Assembly (NCBI GenBank): GCA_958443615.1 | Contig: CAUCLI010000009.1 | Span: 366 to 64,365, forward strand | DNA length: 64,000 nt | Origin: an uncultured Collinsella sp. | Lineage (GTDB): Bacteria > Actinomycetota > Coriobacteriia > Coriobacteriales > Coriobacteriaceae | Direction of reading: 5' to 3' | Shown: in pieces, positions 19,770 to 28,766 of the stretch | Position numbering within the stretch: position 1 is the stretch's first letter | Layout of the letters: each line of letters begins with the position of its first letter | Program-made: the position numbers and the translations under genes | The notes under the pieces: generated by a model | Told to the model about the DNA's origin: nothing | Database searches by the model: none | What the model saw: the letters and a program-made list of their open reading frames with translations, nothing else

Positions 19770-20635
19770 TACATCACCTCCGCGAACTTAGGGCTGTATT
19801 TCCTAAAAACATGGATACCCCAAAGAAGTAAGATGAAGGTCAAAGCAACGGGGATCATCTGGAAAAAGATATTGTCTGAGAGCGTCCAGATCGTCGGGGT
19901 CGTGGCCGGCGCAATAAGGTTGTGACGAATGTCCTGGATGATCTGAGCAGCGGGATTGAGCAACATCAACTTCTCGACCAAAAGACCGACACCGGGGGCG
20001 ACTTCCCCCAGCTTCTGCTCGACCATAGAGAGCGGGTAGATGATCGGCGTCGCGTAGAACAGGCCTTGGAGCACGACCTCCCAGATGTGCTGGGCATCAC
20101 GGAAATAGACGTTGAGGGTAGACAGCAGCAGCGCCACCCCGAGGGAAAGCAAGTAGAGCTGCACCAAGTTGATCGGAAGCCAAAACACGTTAACGGTAAA
20201 CTGCACGCCCGACAAAATACAGGCGACAATCACGACACCAAGGTTGATCGACATGCAGATGAGCGCATTGATCGTCGCAGAGACGGCGATGATGTACTTG
20301 GGAAAGTTGATTTTCCTCAGCAGGTCACCGCGTGTAGTAATGGAGCAGAGGCCCATCGTAGTGGACTCGGTGAAGAAGTTCCACATGCTGATACCGAGTA
20401 GCAGTACCAGTGGAAAGGTGTCGGTGCCGTCGGAAAAACGAAGGAACTTTACAAACACGACGTACATGACGCAAAAGAGCATCAAAGGCTTGAGAACAGA
20501 CCACGCGATACCCAGGAAAGACCCCTGGTAGCGCAACAGGAAGTCGGTTTTCACAAGCTCCCTCAAGATGATAAAGGACTCGCGGTAGCGTTCTTTCAAT
20601 TTGGTAAACAAAAGATATCCGATCTGACGAACCAA
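19769..20635 (-). CDS. ABC-2 type polysaccharide export permease (Wzm/TagG/RgpC-like)
   Basis: FLLRYQGSFLGIAWSVLKPL is typical of the ABC-2 family, and there are six hydrophobic segments. The start is uncertain. TTG at 20635 was chosen because the longer ORF to 20998 would overlap rfbA. Confidence 0.75.
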   Translation of the reverse strand: MVRQIGYLLFTKLKERYRESFIILRELVKTDFLLRYQGSFLGIAWSVLKPLMLFCVMYVVFVKFLRFSDGTDTFPLVLLLGISMWNFFTESTTMGLCSITTRGDLLRKINFPKYIIAVSATINALICMSINLGVVIVACILSGVQFTVNVFWLPINLVQLYLLSLGVALLLSTLNVYFRDAQHIWEVVLQGLFYATPIIYPLSMVEQKLGEVAPGVGLLVEKLMLLNPAAQIIQDIRHNLIAPATTPTIWTLSDNIFFQMIPVALTFILLLWGIHVFRKYSPKFAEVM

Positions 20636-20643
20636 ACGCCTGA

Positions 20644-21546
20644 TTAGTGTTGGGCGCTCTGGTTGACGAACTCGCCGGCGGCGACGCGCTTGAGGTGCTT
20701 CCCATACTCGGACTTGCCGTAGCGCTCGGCGCAGGCCGAGAGCGTCTCGCGGTCGATCCAGCCGTTCTCGTAGGCGATCTCCTCCAGCACGGACACGGGC
20801 ATGTCCTGGGAGCGCTCCACGGCGCGGACGAACTCGCCCGCCTCGTAGAGGGACTCCATGGTGCCGGTGTCGAGCCACGCGTAGCCGCGCCCGAGCGTCA
20901 CGACGGAGAGCAGCCCGTCCTCCAGGTACATGCGGTTGAGGTCGGTGATCTCGAGCTCGCCGCGAGCGGAGGGGACGACCTCCTTGGCGCGCCCGCACAC
21001 ATCGCCCGGGTAGAAGTACAGGCCGGTGACGGCGTAGGCGCTCTTGGGCTGCTCGGGCTTCTCCTCGATGGAGACGGCGTTGAAGTCGTCGTCGAACTCC
21101 ACGACGCCGAAGCGCTCGGGGTCGTCGACGTGGTAGCCGAACACGGTGGCGAGCCCCCTCGTCTCGGCGTTCTCCACCGCGCGGCGCAGGTGGCGGCCCA
21201 GGCCGTTGCCGTAGAAGATGTTGTCGCCGAGGACGAGCGCGCAGGGCTCCCCTCCCGCGAACTCCTCGCCGATGACGAAGGCCTGGGCGAGGCCGTCGGG
21301 GCTGGGCTGGACGGCGTAGGAGAGGTTCACGCCGTAGTCCGACCCGTCGCGGAGCAAGCGCTCGAAGTTGGGCAGGTCGGACGGGGTGGAGATGATCAGG
21401 ATGTCGCGGATGCCCGCCATCATGAGGACGGACAGCGGGTAGTAGATCATCGGCTTGTCGTAGACCGGCAGCAGTTGCTTGCTGGTGACGGTGGTCAGCG
21501 GGTACAGGCGGGTGCCGGACCCGCCGGCGAGGATGATGCCCTTCAT
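20644..21546 (-). CDS. rfbA: glucose-1-phosphate thymidylyltransferase
   Basis: [36 protein letters not shown] and LGDNIFYG. Confidence 0.93.
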   Translation of the reverse strand: MKGIILAGGSGTRLYPLTTVTSKQLLPVYDKPMIYYPLSVLMMAGIRDILIISTPSDLPNFERLLRDGSDYGVNLSYAVQPSPDGLAQAFVIGEEFAGGEPCALVLGDNIFYGNGLGRHLRRAVENAETRGLATVFGYHVDDPERFGVVEFDDDFNAVSIEEKPEQPKSAYAVTGLYFYPGDVCGRAKEVVPSARGELEITDLNRMYLEDGLLSVVTLGRGYAWLDTGTMESLYEAGEFVRAVERSQDMPVSVLEEIAYENGWIDRETLSACAERYGKSEYGKHLKRVAAGEFVNQSAQH

Positions 21547-21659
21547 GGATAAAGCTCCTTAAGTATGGTCACGTCTGAACTATCTTAACGCCGAACGCCC
21601 GAAGGACGAACCTCGGGCGCTTGACTTTAGATAAGCTGCATAGCCATGAAGTTAGAAAG

Positions 21660-24074
21660 CTACTTCAGCAGCGGGACCTCGGGATAGTAGCCCACTGTTG
21701 CGGCAGGACGATGATAAGGATCACCGCAGACATAATACTTGCTCCAAGCAGAGCGCAACTTCCCCTGCTCGCCGATGAATCGCATCATGTTTTTACCTAC
21801 GGCATCAGAACCACGGCTAAAGGATTCGTGATGATACAGAAGGGCATCCGGAGTATAGACAACCAATTTGTCCAGTTCACGTACCCGCAAGCAGTAGTCC
21901 ACGTCGTTGAACGCAACTACAAATTCCTCATTCAGCCCGCCAAGTTCATCGAAGACAGACCTCTTGGTCATCAGGCACGCACCGGTAACGGCGCTTAAAT
22001 CCTGCACCAACGAAGCCCTGCGCATGTATCCGGGGTCGTCGCGATCAAGATTCCAGAAAGCATGTCCGGGGCTCGCCTCCTCTGCAATGCTCTGGCACTT
22101 GACCATAATCACGCCGGCGTGCTGCACCGTGTCGTCTGGATAAAGGAGCTTGGCGCCCACCACTCCAACTTCGGGCCGCTGGCAAATGGCAAGCATCGAT
22201 TCAAGCCATTTGGGCTCAATCACCTCGACATCGTTATTGAGCAGCAAGATAAAATCGCCCTTGGCGTCGCGCGCACCGAAGTTATTGATGGCCGAATAAT
22301 TGAACTCGCCCCGCCATGTAACAACACGAATATTGTTGTATTGAGCGACAGCCTGCTCATAATATGCGAAGGTCTCCTCCTCCACGCTGTTATTCTCGAT
22401 GATGATGATCTCGAAGTTGCGGTAGCTCGTGAGGTCTTCGACTGAGTCGATGCAACGCTTCAGGACTTTCACACTGTCCTTATTCGGAATCAGAATGCTG
22501 ACCAGCGGATCGCCCACGACCTCATAGGTAACATGATAGAAGCAAGCATTATCGGTCAGCTCAGCCGTCGCAGCTATCCCGCAACGATCAAGATGCTCTT
22601 GCAGGGCTCGCCTACCGGCATCATCTGCATATCCTTTGTTGCCGGCACTTTTGGCAGTCGAGGTATCGCTGATTCTCCAGTGATACAGGACATCAGGAAT
22701 ATGGACGATGTTCGTGGTGCGCTCAACAAGACGGAGAAGGAAATCGTAGTCCTGCGCCCCATCAAACGCAGAGCGCAGCATGAGCTCCTTGGCAAAGGCC
22801 GCCCTAACCGCCAAGAGATGCGTAATGTAGTTATGGCAGCGAAGAAGATCTAGATTGAAGTCCGACTTGAAATGAGGCGCAACAAACTCCCCTTCCTCGT
22901 TCAAGAAGTCCTCGTCGCAATACAGGGCGTCAATTGAGCCATCCTCGTCAATCGCCTCTGCGTAGTAATAGAGCGCAAGGGGATCCAACAGGTCATCGTG
23001 ATCAAAAAACACAACATATTCGCCCGAAGCGGCCTCGATACCGACATTCGTGTTGTCGGAAATGCCATTGTTTCCCTCGAGCTCGATGACGCGCACGCGG
23101 CTATCAGCAATCTTTGTAAGGGCATCCTGCAACGTAGCATCCTCAGGACTGGCGTTGAGGAGAATAAGTTCCCAATTCTGATAGACCTGATCGATAACAG
23201 ATCCGACCATACCGGTCAAATAGTCAACAGGGGTTCGATACAGTGGGACAATAACGCTGAACTTAGGACCGACAAGGTCCACGAACTCCTCGCGACTGAT
23301 TCCGGACAGGAATCGACCGCGCGCAATGGTTCGACTCTTGTATTCAGGACCTCCGGCGCAACGGTACATAGACGGCGAGAGAGTGGCCAAGTAATGAGCA
23401 CGGGCAGCCGGGTCAAGACATAGGAAGCCAGAGCGATTCCCTATCTGGCTGTCCGCCACGACACAGTACGTTTTGCCGTCATCCGGAACTCGCACCGTGA
23501 AGGGCACCTCACGACGCAATCCGCCCATCACCGTCACATCCGCTGGATTGCCAACGCGCAGGGAAGGACAGCCGACGGCCATGCCATTGCCATCGATCAC
23601 GCGAAGCAAAGCAAAGTCCTCAGATGGCAAGCAGATTTGGCCCTTAAGAATAAGCTCGCCCTTTTGAGGGGCTGGGATAAGAGCTTTGGGAGCTAGATGG
23701 ATCTGATCCGTATAAGTCGACCTATCGATATCTCGCATAGAATGAGCACGATCATTTGCGAATCTGTAGTTAAAGCGAGAGGCCCACTTGATTGCGAAGC
23801 GAGAAAACATCTTCCGGGCACGGCGCAGCTCCGAGCCGCGCTCATCGTACTGGCGCATCTCGACCGACACACGCTTGGTATCGAGCAGCGGAACGACGGC
23901 GACATAGCGACATGCGCCACGAGCATCCGTCTCCATATAATACGCCTCAATAGGAAGCTCAACACCCTCTTCGGAATGAGAGAAAAAACGAACGTCGCTC
24001 GTCCGATCGTGCATCTCGAACTCAACAGCAAGATACGCGACCCCTTGGCCCCTACATATTCCCGTGCAACGCAT
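21660..24074 (-). CDS. multidomain glycosyltransferase with two tandem GT2 domains (paralog of 8759..11191)
   Basis: 804 aa. KFSVIVPLYRTPVDYLTGMVGSVIDQVYQNWELILLNASPED plus DHDD. LVSILIPNKDSVKVLKRCIDS..FEIIIIENNS plus NNDVEV. Same architecture as the paralog but lower GC. Confidence 0.8.
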   Translation of the reverse strand: MRCTGICRGQGVAYLAVEFEMHDRTSDVRFFSHSEEGVELPIEAYYMETDARGACRYVAVVPLLDTKRVSVEMRQYDERGSELRRARKMFSRFAIKWASRFNYRFANDRAHSMRDIDRSTYTDQIHLAPKALIPAPQKGELILKGQICLPSEDFALLRVIDGNGMAVGCPSLRVGNPADVTVMGGLRREVPFTVRVPDDGKTYCVVADSQIGNRSGFLCLDPAARAHYLATLSPSMYRCAGGPEYKSRTIARGRFLSGISREEFVDLVGPKFSVIVPLYRTPVDYLTGMVGSVIDQVYQNWELILLNASPEDATLQDALTKIADSRVRVIELEGNNGISDNTNVGIEAASGEYVVFFDHDDLLDPLALYYYAEAIDEDGSIDALYCDEDFLNEEGEFVAPHFKSDFNLDLLRCHNYITHLLAVRAAFAKELMLRSAFDGAQDYDFLLRLVERTTNIVHIPDVLYHWRISDTSTAKSAGNKGYADDAGRRALQEHLDRCGIAATAELTDNACFYHVTYEVVGDPLVSILIPNKDSVKVLKRCIDSVEDLTSYRNFEIIIIENNSVEEETFAYYEQAVAQYNNIRVVTWRGEFNYSAINNFGARDAKGDFILLLNNDVEVIEPKWLESMLAICQRPEVGVVGAKLLYPDDTVQHAGVIMVKCQSIAEEASPGHAFWNLDRDDPGYMRRASLVQDLSAVTGACLMTKRSVFDELGGLNEEFVVAFNDVDYCLRVRELDKLVVYTPDALLYHHESFSRGSDAVGKNMMRFIGEQGKLRSAWSKYYVCGDPYHRPAATVGYYPEVPLLK

Positions 24075-24108
24075 AACAACCCTTTGCTAGAACAAGAAGG
24101 GAGGCCGC

Positions 24109-25149
24109 CTAGCGGCCACCCTGCAACATCGTATCGATCATCTTGGCGATGGACTCACCATACCCGTCCCCCGGGACCGCCCACTTGCCGTTTAAATCCT
24201 CAAGCAGCGGAGCACACCCACGTTTGACGAGGTCAAAGCGTGGGTCAACGCACGCCTGCGCAAGCGGGTCCGTCGAGGCGTACGCCTTGAGGTGCTGCAC
24301 CTGGGCGCGAATGCCGGTTCGGACGTCCTTGAAGGAGGCGGCGTTGCCCGGGGCCGAGTTCACGGCGCCCAAACCGCAGAAGTTGCACTGCTCGGCCTTG
24401 ACGGCCCCGCCGAAGCGCAGCCAGCCCGTCTCCTTCATCGCCTGTGCGAACACGACCTCGGCGCGAACACCCTCGGCCTTTGCCTCCTCCAGCACGATCG
24501 TACAGAAATCCTGCAGGGTCGGCGCGCCATAGTTCGTGTACACGCTGGCCGGGTACGTGGACTCGCCAACATTCTTGCGATAGTAGGCGGCCATCTGCTC
24601 CACGGAGGCTTGCGACACGCCCATGATGGGCGTACGGCCCACGGGAACGGTGTCCTCCGCCACGCCATACCAGGCCACGCCCTCCTGCTTCCAGCCACGG
24701 CCGGCGAGCACCTGGTATTCGTTGTAATCCTTGGTGTAGTGGTGGTTCAGCGTGCCCTCATGGTAGAGCCGGTATACCGGCACGCCCTCCGCCTCATCGG
24801 AGTACCAGGCCACGCCCTCCTGCTTCCAGCCACGGCCGGCGAGCACCTGGTACTCGTTGTAGTCCTTGGTGTAGTGATGGTCACGCGTACCCTCGTGGTA
24901 CAAACGGTACACTGGAACAGCGGAGGAATCGCGCGAATCCCACGCCACACCCTCCTGTTTCCAGCCACGACCGGCGAGCACCTGGTACTCGTTCGCATCC
25001 ATGGTGTAGTGATGATCGAGAGTGCCTGGATGATACAGGCGGTACACCGTCTTGATGGGTGCGGCAAACGCCGCCTGGCAAGGCGCCACAAGCAGTGCGA
25101 CCGCTGCGGCTAGCGCCGCCATGCATGCGATAACGCGGTTCTTCCTCAT
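24109..25149 (-). CDS. secreted peptidoglycan hydrolase: three ~45-aa repeats plus a C-terminal N-acetylglucosaminidase-type (GH73-like) domain
   Basis: Signal peptide MRKNRVIACMAALAAAVALLVAPCQAAFA. Three repeats of VYRLYHxGTxxHHYTxDxNEYQVLAGRGWKQEGVAW. C-terminal block FAQAMKETGWLRFGG...NFCGLGA. An alternative ATG is at 25167. Confidence 0.75.
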   Translation of the reverse strand: MRKNRVIACMAALAAAVALLVAPCQAAFAAPIKTVYRLYHPGTLDHHYTMDANEYQVLAGRGWKQEGVAWDSRDSSAVPVYRLYHEGTRDHHYTKDYNEYQVLAGRGWKQEGVAWYSDEAEGVPVYRLYHEGTLNHHYTKDYNEYQVLAGRGWKQEGVAWYGVAEDTVPVGRTPIMGVSQASVEQMAAYYRKNVGESTYPASVYTNYGAPTLQDFCTIVLEEAKAEGVRAEVVFAQAMKETGWLRFGGAVKAEQCNFCGLGAVNSAPGNAASFKDVRTGIRAQVQHLKAYASTDPLAQACVDPRFDLVKRGCAPLLEDLNGKWAVPGDGYGESIAKMIDTMLQGGR

Positions 25150-25196
25150 GTAGGCTGTTTCCCCCATTCGCTCACTCAGCAGCTACGCAACGCCGT

Positions 25197-26849
25197 CTAC
25201 TCCTTGGAGTACCAGGCGATGCCCTCCTGAGTCCATCCACGGCCGGCAAGCACCTGGTACTCCCAGGCGTCTTTAGTGTAGTGGTGATCGAGGGTGCCAC
25301 GATGGTACAGGCGATAGACCGGCTTGCCCTCGCCCTTGGGCGCAGAATACCAGGCAATACCCTCCTGCTTCCAGCCACGGCCACCAAGCACCTTGTACTC
25401 CCAGGCATCCATCGTATAGTGATGATTAAGCGTACCAGGATGATACAGACGGTAAACCGGAACTCCGTGATCCTTGTCATCGGAATGCCAGGCAATGCCC
25501 TCCTGAATCCAACCACGAGCACCAAGCACCTGGTATTCATTCGCATCCATGGTGTAGTGATGGTCGAGCGTCGGGGCATAGTAGAGGCGGTACACCGTGC
25601 CCTCGGCATACGACAGACCGTAGTAATTGGCAATACCGTGCGCATCCGCGATGCCAAGCGACTGCAGCTTCGCATCGCTGTTCAGGAAGTTGTTGTAATC
25701 ACTCCAATTGTCCAGAAACGCATGCTCCACGATGATCGCCGGCAGGTTGGACTTGCGCGCCTCGCGAATAATGCCGTAGTAATCGCCGTTGCTGCCATCG
25801 GGATAATCGAACTTCGGATCCGGATCGATCCAACGGAACCTGACACCGCGATTGGTCAAACCGAGCTTTTGCAGCTGTGCGAGAATCTGATTTCCCAGAT
25901 CCGTACCAACGGCATGCGTCTCGTTGTTATAGCTCGCGTTGTGCGGCGCCCAAACCTCAGCGCCATAGGCATTACCAACACCGGTGGAGTTCAGGTGCAG
26001 GCTCACCAGCACATCGGCACCCTGGTTGAGCGCACGCTGTACGCGCTCACGCAGCTCACTCGAGGAGCCCAGGCGATCATCGGGCGTCACGGTGAACACA
26101 GCGGTGACATTCTGGTACGTATCGAGCTCCGCCTTGCAGAACTGCGCGATCTTCCACGTGGCATTCGCCTCAGAAGTGCCATTTGCGACGGCACCAGAAC
26201 TCACGCCCACATGGCCCGGATCAAGCGCGATCACCAGCGGGCCGCTCTTCTCGGGGTTAGCCGCACGCGAACGACTCGCCGCCGCAACGGCAGCCGATGC
26301 CGCCTCCTCGATTGAGCCCGACTCCGTCAGCTCGTCGCCGCCATCGCCGGTATATACATGCAGGTCGGGGCCGCTTGCCACCTCGCCATCCGAATAGGCA
26401 AGCGCCACAGGCGCAACCGTATAGCTTCGATACGATTCATCGACCTCGGAAAGGTCGATCTCATAGGCGGTACCGTCCGCCTTGAACTGGAGGCGTGCCA
26501 CCTCGCAGGAGCCCAATTCCGAGGGAACATAGGTAAACAGCAGGGCGTTGTCTTGCACGCCGGAAACCGTGCACGTCTGCTCGGCGCCTGCTTCATCCTG
26601 AACGGTCAGAACGGCCGCAGACACACCTGCGTGCTGCGAGAGCGACACGACGACGTTTTGTTCAGCACCCGCCTCAAGCTGAGCATTGTCGATATACAAA
26701 AACGAGATGGCGTCGATCGGTGAAAGCGGGGTCGCCTCAGCGAACTCCTCACCATACACCCTGCCGGCCGCCAACATCGCCGTCGAAGCAGCAACGAGCG
26801 AGGCCGACGCGAGGGCCCCGCGACGAGAAATGCACGTGTCTTGGGACAT
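25197..26849 (-). CDS. secreted N-acetylmuramoyl-L-alanine amidase (Amidase_3-like) with three C-terminal ~45-aa repeats
   Basis: Twin-arginine-like signal SRRGALASASLVAAS after ATG 26849, with an upstream GGGAGGGG RBS. Amidase_3 blocks VIALDPGHVG, VLVSLHLNS and AIIVEHAFLDN. Repeats are of the same family as in 24109..25149. Confidence 0.8.
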   Translation of the reverse strand: MSQDTCISRRGALASASLVAASTAMLAAGRVYGEEFAEATPLSPIDAISFLYIDNAQLEAGAEQNVVVSLSQHAGVSAAVLTVQDEAGAEQTCTVSGVQDNALLFTYVPSELGSCEVARLQFKADGTAYEIDLSEVDESYRSYTVAPVALAYSDGEVASGPDLHVYTGDGGDELTESGSIEEAASAAVAAASRSRAANPEKSGPLVIALDPGHVGVSSGAVANGTSEANATWKIAQFCKAELDTYQNVTAVFTVTPDDRLGSSSELRERVQRALNQGADVLVSLHLNSTGVGNAYGAEVWAPHNASYNNETHAVGTDLGNQILAQLQKLGLTNRGVRFRWIDPDPKFDYPDGSNGDYYGIIREARKSNLPAIIVEHAFLDNWSDYNNFLNSDAKLQSLGIADAHGIANYYGLSYAEGTVYRLYYAPTLDHHYTMDANEYQVLGARGWIQEGIAWHSDDKDHGVPVYRLYHPGTLNHHYTMDAWEYKVLGGRGWKQEGIAWYSAPKGEGKPVYRLYHRGTLDHHYTKDAWEYQVLAGRGWTQEGIAWYSKE

Positions 26850-27008
26850 AGATCCCCTCCCGGTATAAAACGGATTGTCTCGACGTCTACATAAGCAAAT
26901 GCACATATCTCAACAAAGTTAGACGAATCGACTTTACGAGAGGTGAAGCAACGATGGATAACACCAATCTTACAGAATGAGGACATCCATCGTCGTCCGG
27001 CGGCATCG

Positions 27009-28637
27009 CTACGGGAGCATGAGGGCGGCCGCACCAAAGCGCACCATGTAAAACACGTTAAGCACAACGTATGAGCTCATGAGTAGCATCGTCGGGTTCT
27101 TCCAGCGCACAACAAGGCCATTCGCGCACAACGCCATCAACAGCAGCGGCAAAACGGGAAGGAAGTACCTGCCTTGCACACCGCGAATGACCAGTTCAGT
27201 ATCGAACGTATGCCCAATGCACATCGAGAGCATAATTCCGCCAACGCATAAGCAGAACAATACCGCGCATGCGCCACGGAACAAGCCACGGCCACGCATG
27301 GTATCCGGCTTATCAGATTGCATGCACAGCACGCCGATCACGGCATATGCGAGCATGAGAAGTGCAGGCGCTTCCAGATTCTCTTGAAGCCAACCTAGGC
27401 TACCGCCAAGCATCGTAAATACGTAATAGGCACTATAGGTATCGAGAGTGCGCAAGAACAACTTTAATGTCATGGCCGGTTGAGAAAGCAGCAAGCCGAT
27501 GCTGTAAAAATGCCCAACTTCATCACCGCGCATCTGCACCGTCGAAGCCGAGGAGGCTAGCTCCGAAACAGAGAGGAGGCGAAACGCCATAAGCGAACAC
27601 GCCGCGACAGCGAAAATCCCTCCCTTGAAGATAAACGCCGACTTTCGCGAAGAGAAGCGATGCGCAGGGATAAAAAGGACAAGCAAAATACCAACGGAAT
27701 AGACGATCTTGCACGGCGCCACCGCGGCGGCCAATACAGCAATCGGCACCAAGTCGCGGCCCCGCAAGCGACCCTTACCGTACACCGCCCGCAAGATGCA
27801 GGCAATTAGCAGCATGGAAAGCCCAATGATGCCCGAATCATATGAATACGAAGCCGCCAAATGCAGCGTCATGGGCAACAGGGAAGTTGCGACGATGGCA
27901 TTTTTAAACACGGGGGCGATTTTATAGGCACCGAGTGCGCACACCACGAAAACGATGATCGATCCGAAGCGGCCAAAGTAAAAGAGGGCAACCGGCCCGA
28001 GATCGAGCATGCGCGCCAGCACAACGCCGGCCACCGAGCCGACCTTTGCGACAACGTTTTCCGAACCCAAACTGAAGTCGTATTCTTTCAGCTCTTTGGT
28101 ACCTTCCGGGAAATCAACGGCACCGCTTGCCAAATCGCGAGTTGCACCATAGACCCCACGGCCAATTTCATACAGGCTTCCATCCTCAACCGCGCGCCAC
28201 ATCATGTAGTCGCATAGCTCTTTATCTGCAGCCCGCATGGGCATCGGATCTGAATCCAGGCCGTCGCCCTCGCCAAGCACTATATTTGACAACCAATATG
28301 TGGCGTAAAAATGATGTTGCTCATCTGGAGCGGAAAGGGGTGGAAACGCAATAGCGAACACGATGCAAAACGATGCGAGAACCGACCCAAAGACGATTAT
28401 CTGACGCTTCTCACCATCCATACAGCCCGCAACAGCGCAGAACACAAAGGCTGAGGCAACAAATGAAGCCAGTACCGCCGCAAACAGAAAGACAGTGGAG
28501 GCACATTCCTTGAACCAAAACCAAGACGCTAGCAGCAAGCAGGCACACACCGCCAGCGAAACGATGCATGCAGCGCGCTTTTCCTTTAGATAGCGCCCAA
28601 TGGACGCATTTTCGACATCAACCACGTCAATCCCCAT
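27009..28637 (-). CDS. polytopic membrane protein, DUF2142-like putative GT-C glycosyltransferase
   Basis: About 542 aa from ATG 28637. An early periplasmic loop carries PPLSAPDEQHHFY, a PDE..H motif I recall for DUF2142. At least 10 TM segments. Family assignment is from memory only. Confidence 0.55.
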   Translation of the reverse strand: MGIDVVDVENASIGRYLKEKRAACIVSLAVCACLLLASWFWFKECASTVFLFAAVLASFVASAFVFCAVAGCMDGEKRQIIVFGSVLASFCIVFAIAFPPLSAPDEQHHFYATYWLSNIVLGEGDGLDSDPMPMRAADKELCDYMMWRAVEDGSLYEIGRGVYGATRDLASGAVDFPEGTKELKEYDFSLGSENVVAKVGSVAGVVLARMLDLGPVALFYFGRFGSIIVFVVCALGAYKIAPVFKNAIVATSLLPMTLHLAASYSYDSGIIGLSMLLIACILRAVYGKGRLRGRDLVPIAVLAAAVAPCKIVYSVGILLVLFIPAHRFSSRKSAFIFKGGIFAVAACSLMAFRLLSVSELASSASTVQMRGDEVGHFYSIGLLLSQPAMTLKLFLRTLDTYSAYYVFTMLGGSLGWLQENLEAPALLMLAYAVIGVLCMQSDKPDTMRGRGLFRGACAVLFCLCVGGIMLSMCIGHTFDTELVIRGVQGRYFLPVLPLLLMALCANGLVVRWKNPTMLLMSSYVVLNVFYMVRFGAAALMLP

Positions 28638-28766
28638 GCAATTACGTCTCACAACACATGAACAGATCCATAGAAGTCTACAGGGCGCGCTCGTCGAGAC
28701 TTCTGGCGGTCGCTGGTTTCCCACCGTGAAATCCCCGGGCAAGCGACCGCATTGGCGATCCTAAAA

